From Patellaria atrata CBS 101060 (Eukaryota), in contig MU006102.1 of assembly GCA_010093705.1 (NCBI GenBank), positions 567,548-631,547 of the forward strand: a stretch of DNA of 64,000 nucleotides. The letters run 5' to 3'. Shown one piece after another: positions 24,602 to 37,108 of the stretch (position 1 is the stretch's first letter; the number at the start of each line of letters is the position of its first letter). Both the position numbers and the translations under genes were made by a program. Below the pieces are notes generated by a model that was not told where the DNA came from, searched no databases, and saw nothing but the letters and a program-made list of their open reading frames with translations.

Positions 24602-27600
24602 TTAAGACTTTTCTAAGTCATCGCTATCGCTTTCGAACTCTTCAGAGTGGTTCCATTCATCTCCTATTGGCGTCAGATTTGTGTTTAGGTACGTTTGTAG
24701 GTCTATGACCTTAACTTACCAGATTGAATGACATCTTGGTCTGGATCTATCCAATAGACGAGTTTGTCGCGCACCGCTGTTACTAGGTCAGGTGTACGTC
24801 TTGGAAGATGTGAGGAGAGTGAACTCACCAAGACATTTCTGTAGCAACACTCTATCATGGCCTGACTTGAGGTTATCGTCGATATCTTCGAGTTTGAGGA
24901 ACTTTTCTATCCAGATGATGCACTCTTCGATACAGTCGATGACTGGTTGCATATACATTCTAGGTAGTTCATTCTCATACGCGTCTGTGGCGCGTTTTGA
25001 GCAATCAGCCACAAGTCCACGAACAGCCTTGAGACGGACAATCTCGTTGTTGTACTCTTCCTTCCCATTGAAGGAGGGTTCATAAGCGAAGATAACGTCG
25101 CGCAGCAGTCTGATTGCCTGTATCCTGACGTCCAAATGTTCAAAAGTAAGTAGAAGAGGTGCCCAATGATCCGCGGTTGAGATAGCGTATTCGTAAAGGA
25201 AGTTGCCTCCTTTGACTGAGATACGATCGTTACGGCCATAGAGGATGTCATAGAAAAAGGTCAGGTGAGCGAATCCGCCGTTACTATCCATCTCGTTTGC
25301 ACTATCAATAATAATATCAATCATCGTTTGCGCATCGCGGTCGGATACACAATTTTGACAGAAGGCCGCAGCAGCACGGACATATGGAACGCGGTAAGGG
25401 GCCTCGTAAAGCTTGATACCATCTCTCAACGTTTGGAATATTGATTTGTACAATCCGAGTTTCGGTGATGCTTCCAGCAGTTTCCGTACGATTTGTGATG
25501 GAATAAATGGCTTCTGACGTTCTGCCTCCTTCTGGGAATCCCAAGTCTCAAGAATCCTACCCAGAGCAATCAAACAGGAGTCTTTTGTATCCCAAAGGCA
25601 TAAGTAATCATACTCCTCTCGTACTAGAGGGTATTGAGCAACATTCGCGTCAAATATGGCCTCTCGAGCATGATAAGAATTCAAAATATCTTCTTTGAGG
25701 TCGATGCTAGACAGTAGGCTATTGACGAAATCTGTGAGGCCCTGCCAAGATATCACTATATGTCGTTTGAGAAGGACATGTGCGATGTGTCCATACGACT
25801 GCTTCGTCCCCGTATGGGACTGAGCAACAAGTAGCACGAGACAATTTCTCAAACATTGCGCGTTAAGAAGCCCTACGCGCTCTGGTATCCCCAACGCTGA
25901 AATGTAGGACAGGAATTGGAAGAAGTCATCCCAGGCGCGCAATGCTGTGTGAATGTAGAGGATCATGTCGGCCAACTTCGCCGTGATTCGATTTAGAAGT
26001 CCTGTGCCGTATGACAGCGATTCTGATTCAGAGTCGCCATCCTCTTCTCCAAAATATGCGACCGGACTCTTCTCACGAACTAATTGTAGAGACTTAGCTA
26101 ACAGCTGGAGGGTCATGACGCGCACTTTTGGAGGTCCCTCAACGAGTAGGTCCTGTAATCCGGTATCACTCTTGATGAAAAACCACTCGACTAAGATTTG
26201 AGAACAGCGACCGTCTGCTGAAGTCACTTTGTCAAGGAGGTACATCATACTGTCGAGATCCGGTAAGTCCATAGTACGACTGACGACGTTTTGCAAATGG
26301 CTCAGGCAGGTCTCGATAGCCATTTGCTCTATGCCATGATCATCGCTACAGATTCCATTGCTAAGAATACCCATCTTGACAAGTAGCTCTCGAACGAACT
26401 GCGATTGGCCGGGATCGAAGAGGCAATATTCTCTCAAAAGGAATTCGTTGTCTTGGAGGATCTTGGTTTTCAAATCTTGTGGTATCACAGCTTTAGGAGA
26501 AACGCCACGGACAAACATCTCACTGTCCGCCTCTAATTTGGATGCCCTCTGGTAGAAAAGTAGATAAGCGCTATCAGTGCGTAGTTTGTGCGGTTCGAAC
26601 GGGTCCTGGCCTCCAAAACATAGTTCTGGGATGTCCCGAAGGTCGAAGTCAGTGACTTCATCATCATTGAATTGAACCCATCTAGGTGCTGCTCCCGGAG
26701 CGAGCGGTCGTTCACGCATATAAGAGTAATAATGGCCAGATTCGGTCCCGCCCCTATGCACAAGCACGCCCACGAGATTAAACCAGTCGGGGTTTATTGG
26801 CTTGTCAGGTTCGTTTAAGTGATCGAAGGTATATGGACTGACGTCGATACTGTCGGGAAACTCGAAATATTCATTTACTTTACTCTTAGCCATAGCCGAA
26901 ACGTCAAACTCAAATCGTTTAAGGTGGAATATTAGATTGTCCGGCACATCCTTCAAACAAGTTCGTCTGACAGCATCAACAAGTCGTCCATCGCATGACT
27001 CGCATTTGTATTTGTTACTCCCCTCGCAGACATTCCCTCGGACGAAAGATTTGAGGCTTTCCTCCAATCGACTCTTGCCAGCGACATCACACTGAATAGC
27101 GAAAAAGCTTTCCTTCATTTCGGAGACATGCTCACATTCTTTGGATTTCGTCTGGTTCACCACCTGGCCCCCATAAAACGAGCGAAACTGTTTCTTCATT
27201 TCGTCGGAAAGCATCTGCTCTTCCCACTGGTCAAAGATGCTGTTGTAGAATTCACCAACATCCATTTGACATGTGACATCGATCTGTTCGCCATAGTTGC
27301 GAACGGCCATAGCAAAATCTTTTGGGTCGGCGCATCTTGCGTAGCTCTCTTGCATATACGCAAATAAGCTTTGAGTTTCCTTCAGTAACTGTTGTTTATC
27401 TTCATCTAAGATATTAGACTCGATAATGAACCTTCGAAAATCCACATTCATGAATAACTGTGTTAGTAGAGAGTTCATGTAGCATGTCTGTGACAAATTT
27501 CTCATGCCAACGTAGCCTGAAGGTGCGCGAATCTCCTGTTTGCGGTCTCGATGAAAGCCGATGACCCCCACATTGTCCCCACACATCAACTTCGCGTTGA

Positions 27601-30600
27601 GTGCTAGTAATGTCCTGTGAGTCGAGTAGTCCTCACAAAGAGCTAGAAGAACATCATAGACTCCCTTGCGTGAGCGGCTCTCGAGAAGAGGCCAGCTACC
27701 CAGTTCTACATCATCTTGATTGTTGTTCTCGCAAGATAGAGGTGTAAACAAGAACTTGATAAAAAGGTTTTTTGCTAAAGACTCTTGGTGGAGAGGTTTC
27801 TTGAACGATTTCAGATATTGGATGCAACGGTAAATTAGTTTTGTAAGTCCCATCACAACCTCGTCAGCCTCCTCTTTACCAACTACTTCATAATGCTCGT
27901 ACTGGAGCAGTAACTGACTCCAGAGGAACAAATATGATTTCAGAGTAGATTCCTCGTGGCCGACGTCGTCAACTGGATCAAAAAGTTGGGCGGAAATGAT
28001 AAAGAACTGATTAGATTGTGTTGGAAACTCCATAACACTGGGGACCAAATCCAACAACAAGTGCCAATAGAACGAGGAAAACTCCTTGACAGAAGGTGAT
28101 GTGGAAGTAGATAATGCTCCGAGATTGGCTCCAATACATCGGGCAATAGACTCTCGCAATTCAACCCTTGGATCTGCAAGTAAAAGTCTATTATGCAATG
28201 TTGTAAGGCCCGGAGTATTCTTGAATGTTTCCCATATCTTGTTTGAGTGTAGCGACGCCTCAATGAGAATCGCATAACAAGCGGTGGCTAATTTTGCTCT
28301 GTCTGACGGTGCTAAAGAGAGTTGCAAATATGATAACAATCGTTCCACTAGAAGACTCTCCTCGGGAAATTCTTTTGCGGAATCTTGTGGTAAAGGTCGT
28401 TCTTTCAATAACAGAAGTAAACAGTTTAGCATGCTCTCTACTACAGACTGTGTAATACCTTTTTCGAGGTGTTCAGCAGCGAATGCGTTGTTGGTAATAG
28501 CGTGCGTCAACAGATGTATGCCACGCTTAATGAATCTATCGTCCATCAAGCTTGCCTTTTGTTGAGCCACTAGGTGAGCTTCTAAAGACCGAATAGAATA
28601 TAGAATCCTATAACCTTGTTTCAAAGGGAAAACATCTTCGCCTGCAGTGTTTGAAGATCTTACAGCATCGACGACCTTTTGATGTGCAGGAAAGAGAGTG
28701 AGAAACTCGTAACAAGCTTTGCTAAGAGTGTCCTCCGCATCCATGAAGCTATAAAGGTGGTCAAAATGGGATAGTAATTGGCGCTCAAAGGTAGATCTTC
28801 CCATATGAGTTGCTGGGATGTCCTGTTCTGGATTGTGGGCCTTATGTATAAGAACAAGTCCTTTACCGGCAATCTTCGCATCTCGCACAGTTTGTGCATC
28901 AGTAGAAAAGTCCCGAGTCATTCCACCAAAAATCACTCTGAATCTTGGGAAGCCAGTAATTTCGCTAATCCGTTTGTGAAAATCCGCTAGGGTCTCCAAG
29001 TCACCGATTTCGAGGTCTTGCTGTGGATAGGCCTTGCCATTGCTATGCGGCTGAAATCTTACAACTACAAGGTTACCCTTTATGTTGCTATCCTTCACAA
29101 TTATGCGCGTTGACGGCTTCGGCGAGGGTGGAGAGAAAATAGTACTTCTCCTGACTTGCTGAAGTGCGAGTTGAAGAAACATGATCGTTCTCGTGAAGTG
29201 CCGTTGATAAGCTTCAATTTCTTTTTGAAGCTCAAAAGACCGAGTATCGCTTTCTTGGGTTGTAGTTACCTCTCCATAAGACCTGGAATGCGTGTAACAG
29301 TTTTGAAGTTGCTTAATGCATTCGTCGACGACTTTCATATGGGCCGCCTCTATCACCTCCTTCTGTAGTCCTTTCAATTGTTTTCCTTCCATATACAGAC
29401 GACTTAATAGGTTGGCCGTCCGCTCTGCAATGGTTGCATCCGAGGCGCTCGTGATGACCCGCCAGAGCGTTTCACCACTTGGTATCTTTAACATTCCGTC
29501 GTCGGACACACTTAAAAATGGCCCCACACGGAGTTGATAGTCGATCACTTGTTGTAGGAAGAAGAAGATACCTTCAAGAAAATATTCTGGTTCCAGCGCA
29601 GGGAGATGTTTATTGACGATTCGCTGTAGAAAACCATGCTCAACATATGCATCTCTGAATATATAAGCAAGGCTCTGCCATGCAAGTATGCGAACATCAT
29701 TGTTGACAGCATTTCTGCCAACCAGTACACTCCAAAGTTCATCTTCCTGTTGGATAGGAACAGATGCATCGTCCTTTCCGGATACAATCAATTCCGATAA
29801 GAGCTTGAACCGCGGCTCGAAAAGTGAAGTAAAGGCTGATGAGGGAGGGATGTTACGATGATGCTGAGAAAAATAGCATACTTCTTCAACAACCAGACGA
29901 AGTAGATCCTTCTTTTTGAGCAGATATAGACGATCTTCTACGAGACAAATTTGCAGGACAATAAATATTGCATGGAGGCTCCCGGTTGAATTCGCGGATT
30001 TAGCTCGAATATCGCTTATGCAAGCATCGTATATCATAATACGTACCTTCTGGTCCATGGCCCCAGACCGGCAGAACTCAGTAAGTTCCTGCAAAGCCAT
30101 CTGCTGAACAGGTTGCGTATTTTTGGCAGTAGTACCTGGTAGCGAAGTCACTTGTAAGAGGCGTATACAAATTTCGAACGGACACATATTGTCTTCCGAC
30201 TCAGGCCAGCCATGTTGCCGAATTCTGTGAAACACTGAACGTAGTGATTGGCATACATCGTGAGTAAACGCTTCTAGTGACAATTCTCGAAATTTGCCGC
30301 AAAGATAAATGACCTCAGAGAATTGCATGTGCGGGACAATGTTTCCAATGATATTAAGCGTTGACGTGACAACCAATGGATCTAGGCTAGTTGTAATAGT
30401 CCTCCATATTGCGTCCGTCTCGTTCTCCGTGTAATTTCGAATGACAAGTGGAAAGGCTACAACGTTGCCACTCTTTGAGATAACCTGTTCGTGTGCATCG
30501 ACGCCAAAGATGTCGTCAATCACGTGCGTGCGTAGCAGGAATTTAGAAAGATACTGCAGTACCGGATGATTCGGACCATCAGTCTTATAATAAGCCGACC

Positions 30601-32239
30601 ACGCATTGACCAAACTGGTTGCCATCTGGTCGACGCCGAGCACCCGAAGTTCCATGTGTTTCGTCTGCGCCAAATAGCGCTTTAGAAGGTTAAACCTCCA
30701 TGCTTCCGGTACTATGTCAGTGACGTGGTCCAAATCGACACCTTCGTCCTGTTTCGCGATCTCTCGGAAAAGAATCTTGCTGAAAGGATCATCGTCTCCT
30801 CCCATTAGACGTAACTGATCCGCGAGATGTCCCATAAGTTCTCTGTAAAAGTCTGCAGGAAGAGAGGACGATTTTTTATCAACGGACTTTTGAAGCAGGT
30901 CATTAGCAGCCCTAAAGAATGAGACTAGATATTTGGGAAAACCAATCCGCATCGGTAACTGAGAAGGGAAGACTGTGAAAGAGAGGGCCATAGTAATATG
31001 GGTTGTCCATAGAGTGACCACTCTTAGAGACGGACAGAATTGAATACGTTCCATGAGCGATTTTGCGAGCTGCAAAAGAGGAACCATACCATTTGACGGA
31101 GCAGCTAACCATTCTTGAACAATCTCCATACATACTTCGGTTGGATCCATGTGGTAAGACCTGCGTAGAACTCCCCAGAGTGGAGTTTCTTCGTTTCTAT
31201 AGTTGAATAGAGCTCTCAGAAATTTGAGTGGCTTTACAGAAACAAGATAAGGTTTTTCAACAGATTCCACTGGTATGGTTTCTAGATATTCAACATCGAG
31301 TTGTATGAACCGAGAGCAAATCTTAGCATAGTAGGTTAACAATTGCTGGACGGGTTCCTCCTTGACGTTGAGTTGGTTGGACTCATATTCCTCCCCGAGT
31401 GGGTTCCGACGAGATAATAGCCTCAACATTGCCTGCTGTAGCTCATCCCACAACAACATCTGATCTTTGTACATAGCTTTCCATTCCGACTTGTGCGATT
31501 GTAACTCTACGAGTTGGTCATAAAACCATCGACATAGTTTCGTAAATGCGCTCATGTCGATGACGGGAGCGGTACCGAAGTGGTGGCTGATTGCCTTTGC
31601 ACATGCTTCAGGGTGTTCATGACCGAAAACTGGGAACGTCTCAAGAATCGCTTCTGCTAACGATCCGGACCCATCTAGAGCTATTACCTCAGGTCTTAGT
31701 TCTTCTTCATCGCCATCGGCGATCATTTCAATGAAAGGACTGGAGGGGTTCGAGGTGAGAGAATCAGCACGCTCTCTGCGCGTTGGTTGAGCTTGTTGCT
31801 CAGCTGTATCGTGAGAGTCCATAGGAATATCTGATACAGGTTCGGGCAGGACGATCGGTGATCCGGGGTCACGCGGTGGATGGTTCGGGAGTGGGGTTCG
31901 AACATTGATCGTTACTCTGCTTGATTGTCGACTGTGTGGTGTTTGGGGTACTGTTTGCTCTTGCCCATTTGGAGTGTGAACCTCGTGAGGTGAGCGAGGA
32001 AGGGAGGCTGTAGGTGAAGCGGTAGGGGAGTCTGGTTCAACTTTCGCAAGTTCATCGATTACGGGTTCTGTAGACATATTTCGTGTAGCTTGCTCACCAC
32101 TGTCGACTCGAGGTCTCTTTCTTGTAAGTTCGGGATTTGCGTCTTCTATAGAGTCACGTCGTGGAAGAGAAGGCTCCGAGCTGGGAGCGCGAGACTGGGG
32201 CAGGTATTCGCCTTGCTCCATTACAACATCTTGGTCCAT
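24602..32239 (-). CDS. USP34: Ubiquitin carboxyl-terminal hydrolase, USP34/USP9/USP24-like (peptidase C19), ~2500 aa
   Basis: Cys box GYVGMRNLSQTCYMNSLLTQLFM, QMDVGEF, LIFHLKRF, His box LVGVLVHRGGTESGHYYSY...WVQFND; long helical N-terminus; first ATG 32239; two short 3' introns lead to stop at 24604-24602. Confidence 0.93.
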
Positions 32240-32960
32240 ATGTAGAGGGGAATAAACAATTTCAAAGGAGCAAGTCACAAGGACTAGGAGCTCCTGCGAG
32301 ATTGTAAAAAGTAACTAGAAAATGGATGGAGGTCGTGAATTATTTTAGTCGTCAAGCTCCCACATTGCCTTAACAGTGACTAGGGTGCTAGGCGGCAGCC
32401 TTGGGAATTTTCGTGAAAACTGCCAACGTGCAAAGGTAGATATAGAGAGAAAATTGAAGAGTAAAGCTGGAGAAAGCTGTAGTCAAAAGAAAATGAGGAA
32501 TTGACAGTAGTATCAAGCTTTGTCTGTAAACAGCTGAAGTCGTGATAGCTTTCAACGCGTCGATGCGTTCATTGTGGAAACCCAAGAGAGCGGCGGTGGT
32601 GGGATGGTTTAGAGGGAAGGAGCTGCAATCGCGGTACGTATGCCTTAGGTGGTTAGGTTGCCTGCGCTAGTCTGTGAGCTCCCGCTCAACCCTTCTTTTA
32701 CCTAAGTCTTTTTTTACTCTTTCACTCCAGTGCATTATTTCACTTCAAGTGGCTCAGACCCCTATTATCCCCTTTACTCTCTGTTATATCTCGCTAGCTT
32801 CTACTAGATTATATGTTCCATTGTGTGTTCCCTCAGTTCATTGTAACCCGTTTCAATACTTATCCCAAGGTACGTACCCACAGATACCATCAAAATTGAC
32901 TTTGGTGCCAATCGGATCCATTAAACAACCTAAAGAATAAAGCGGCCGTAAACCTCAAAT

Positions 32961-33865
32961 ATGGCCCCCGCGGAAAAGACCCAGAAGTCCACTAACAAAG
33001 TATCTAAATTTGTGTACATAGTCGATGCTCCGTACACAGCAGATCAATGGTTCGTCATCTCACACAAGAAAAACCCTCACTTAGCCCCTATTCTGATACC
33101 GAAGTCATTTATAGGCCACAGGTGGGGCTTCAGCATCATAATACCATTTTAGACCTCCTGGTTGAGTACGCATACCCAAACTTCTATTAGTTCAAGCATG
33201 GTATCAGTAGCCAATTGTTAATACATGTTTGTAGTCTACTCAAGCCGATAGGCAGTCATAGATCTCTGTGCATTGTCCCATCTAAAGGCAAACGCAGCAG
33301 AAAACGGAAACGAACAGAGGAGAAGCAAAGCCACAATTCCGCCCCACTAGAACCACTAAACACATCAGTACCGGAAATATCAAGGCATATTCTGGTTGGA
33401 CTCAATAGCACTTCTCGTCACATGGAACTCACTTCAAAGGAGATCGCAAAATCCACCTTAGAAGGTATCAATCTGCCATCTCAACTAGCTGCCATATTTG
33501 TAACCAAGTCTAAAAAAGATGATCTAATGTATTCCCACCTTCCTCTCCTCGCTCGGACATCTTCCTGTCTATATCCAAATTCTCCACCTACGGTCATTGT
33601 GCCACTAAACCTAACAGTTGAGCCCAAGTTAGCGCAAGCTCTGAGCTTACCCAGGGTGCACGTTGTTGGAATTATGAGCAGCTGTCCTGGGGCTTCTCTG
33701 TTGATCGACTACGTTCGGGATCATATTGGTCCTATCGAAGTTCCCTGGGTCAAAGAAGCAGTAAACGCAAAGTATCTCGGCCTGAAATTGCAAATGATGG
33801 AGCCAGGCACGGAATCCGACAGTCTAAAAGAAAGCAACAACATTAAGCAAAGCAAACACGACTAG
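32961..33865 (+). CDS. POP3: RNase P/MRP subunit Pop3-like (L7Ae-like fold), 3 exons
   Basis: Spliced reading WPQVGLQHHNTILDLLVDLLKPIG...HILVGLNSTSRHME...AAIFV...SHLPLL...LAQALSLPRVHVVGI...VRDHIGPIEVPW...YLGLKL. Confidence 0.8.
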
Positions 33866-34050
33866 TTAAATGACGCACTCGAGGAAGAAATAGGATGGCT
33901 TACAGAAGTCGCCTATTGCCAGGTACAGCCTGAAGATTCTTCGGGGTTACTACTTGAGGCTGCATATGGGATTGGAATTAGTGCTTAAGGCTTTAGATTT
34001 GATACGTATATGTAAAGTATAACTACGTATGCTCAAGGATATTGAGTGGG

Positions 34051-34973
34051 CTAAATCTTACACAAAGCCTGTAGTGAGTCTTTCGTGCTCCCCTTCGTCT
34101 CCTTTATTAGTCCTGCGATTTGCTTAAACCTAGAAGACAAAAATTAGCATCGTGATGCACATACTATGCATAGGGACTCACTCTTCAACTCCGGCATCAC
34201 CCATACACTCGTAGATCCAACTCTCGCTCGTCGTTACCACAGCTCCTTCCCTAGCAAGCCTTGCCAATGCAATGGGCACCTCCTCCTTGTTGCAGCTTGA
34301 AACTGCGTCAGCTAGGACATAGACTTTATGTCCATCAGCAAGAAGATCCAGTGTGGTCTGCGTCACGCAGATATGTGATTCAATGCCAACGACAACACAC
34401 TCGTGATTCCGTCCGGGAAGAGCCTTAAGAGCCTCTAAGACATCTGGTATGCACATGGAAAAGCGCGATTTATCGGCATGGACTTTGGTCGCAACTCCCC
34501 CGAAACTATCAAGATTCAACTCTAGGCAAGTATCTCCTAGACGTGCACGGTTCTGGGTCGTGGCAAATACGGGGATATCGAGGATTTGGCCTGATTGTAG
34601 AAAAACACATCAGAAATCGTCCAGTTTACTTTGAAACTATCCATCTACAGTCGAAAAATAGGAGTGCAGCGTTTCCACGAAGAGAGAAATCGACGCACTT
34701 GCTTTGAGCATCTTTTGTGTAGTCGCAAGGACTTTATCGAATTCATAGATAGCAGGTTTGAACTTTTCCTGCAAATCGCATATGCTTGCTTCTCGTGAGT
34801 AAAAGAATACATTTACCGGGAGAATTGTTCGTACAACAGAGCGGGGCTCTCTAGCATATTGTTAGTTAGGTCCATTTAATCTGAGGTGTAACGTCTATAC
34901 TCAATCTTCTTGATGGTTTAGACATAGTTGATTGATCGCGGAGTAATGAACGGAAGGTTCCTGACGAGTTCAT
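34051..34973 (-). CDS. Isochorismatase-family hydrolase (ISOC2/YcaC-like), multi-exon
   Basis: ICDLQEKFKPAI, TTQNRARLGDT, KSRFSM, VVVGIESHICVTQTTLDLL, VYVLADAVSS, VTTSES; last exon FKQIAGLIKE...ALCKI*. Start could be 34973 or 34925. Confidence 0.9.
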
Positions 34974-37108
34974 GGCGACCTTCAATCGGGAGAATTGAGC
35001 ATCTTCATAATGCATCAGTTGACGTACCATTCAGTGAACGGACGACAGGGTGCCAAGAAATATGCAGCTTCCCCCGCAATCGCCGAGGCAGTGGAATCAT
35101 TCCCCTAACCCCCCTGATCCTTCACTTCCTGGGCTGATGTTCGAGCTTACGGTGCTTACCTTATGGTACCTTAGTCATGGGAGTTAGGTTTTGAGCAACT
35201 CAAACCAGGGGAGAAAAAGGAAATCTTTGGCCCCTTTTAACTCTCACAAAAGCAAACTGACCTCTCGCTCTGAGGAGATTGTCAGTGCCAGGTAATTGGT
35301 ATTGTACAGTACAGTACAGTACTCCGTGACTGCGGGGATATAAAGAACTGCTTCTTGAGCTACATCCATACAACCACCCTTGCTCATTAAACTTATAATA
35401 TAACCTACTTTGTTTGGACCACGAAGAACCTTTCAAGGTGCTCTCTTGACCTGCGAGAGAGTCCTTGATATACCTGTGCGGCCCGACGGGAGCGGCTCAG
35501 AGCCTCTGATTACGATTTAGCTCTTGTGATATTCAGTAGCATGGGAAGTACAAGAGTTGGGCGCACAAGGATGAAGATGTGCCACAGAAGACCTTGATTC
35601 CTTACTGCTTCGTAGGGTGTATTTGCCTGAGTACAGTACTCATAGCAATAGAGAGAGAGCTGTATAATTATGCGCAGCCCGCGGTATCAGCCCCGCGCAA
35701 ACCTTACAGCTGGTGAGATTCCTGTTTATCAGCCTTGCATTCCTGTAGGATAAGGGCGCTGTTTCGAAGATACTCCTCTTGTGCAACCCTATGCTGATGC
35801 CTCGTGTCAGCGACGGGGTAGACAGCGAAAAGACTGGTCAGATGTCACGGTGACTTTGTAGAGAGAAAATACTCCACTAGCTTTGACTCTCGAAGCCTTG
35901 TATTTCCACATCATCCACCGATTCTTTGATAGTACTTTTAACATGCAGGATGATGTCTTTGACCGTCGTTGCTACAAACGTATCGTGAAATATCGCTGGA
36001 TCGTGTTGTGAAATCTGCCTTCGCCTGATCTATGTTAGCTGTAGCTATTAAGGTACCTTATGGGAATGCTATTTTGTTGAAAATAGATCTGTAATACAAA
36101 TCTAAATACACCAGTTATAAGAGTATGAGTGAGATCGGTTTCTGAATCACTGCAAATGAGGGCAGAAAGACAAGTTGAAAGGGTCAAACCGCTTTCCATG
36201 ATGGTCATTAGTGTGATTCCCTGTGAAGGGAGCGAGGGTCTTATTTCTACATAACCAAACACCTCGAAGTCTCGATTGAGAATCTCCTCCCCTACAACTC
36301 AACTTTCACTCTCCACTCTCCGACACCCGCGTCTCATAATCAGTTTACATATTGATCGCACTTGTTTTTTTGTTGTGACATTGTGTCTTCTCCACTCTTC
36401 GTGCGCCTCGAACGGTTCCAAACCGCCAATCCGCAGCGACGCTTTGAGCAGGGGGTGTCGCCTATGTGACCTCGATTTGGAGACCTCCTACCACTCTGGT
36501 CTACCACGGTCCTCACGTCTCCGGCTGAATATATTCTAGGTTCTGACAAGAGTACTTGGAACACATTTTCAATTCGAACACGTTCTTGTGTCTAGCTACC
36601 GTTCTCTCACGTTCTATAGCCACTCTCTCTTCGAACTGACCCCCGACGACGGGTTGGCCACCAGGGCGACATTTTGGAGTAGGCTTGTATGGGCGACACT
36701 CAACGTATAACTCAAGGAGCGACAGAAAATCACTAAATAGCGCATACCCAGCCTATACTCTATACATTCCAGAATCATAACGACCACGTCTCCTCCTACT
36801 CACAACATCCTCGAAACGTTTGGTTATTGACAGCACAGGCCCAGCAACACCTCGCATATTACTATCCGCTACTTCAAGTAGCCCAGTTCAACCATTCGCG
36901 TAGGACTGCTTTTGCCAGAAATCTTGAACTAGCCGCCATCGTGTCTTCTCTAGAGCGAGGCGTGGTGCACGCTTCACAAGCTACTCCATCTCTGTCAAAG
37001 AAGCCTTCTAAGGGGCGCGCCCCACGACAAAAGCTCGATGGGAATTCTTGTGCCTCTAATAGTGCTACGAAGGGCACTGCGCCGGTGACAAAAAAGATCG
37101 CCGCAACC

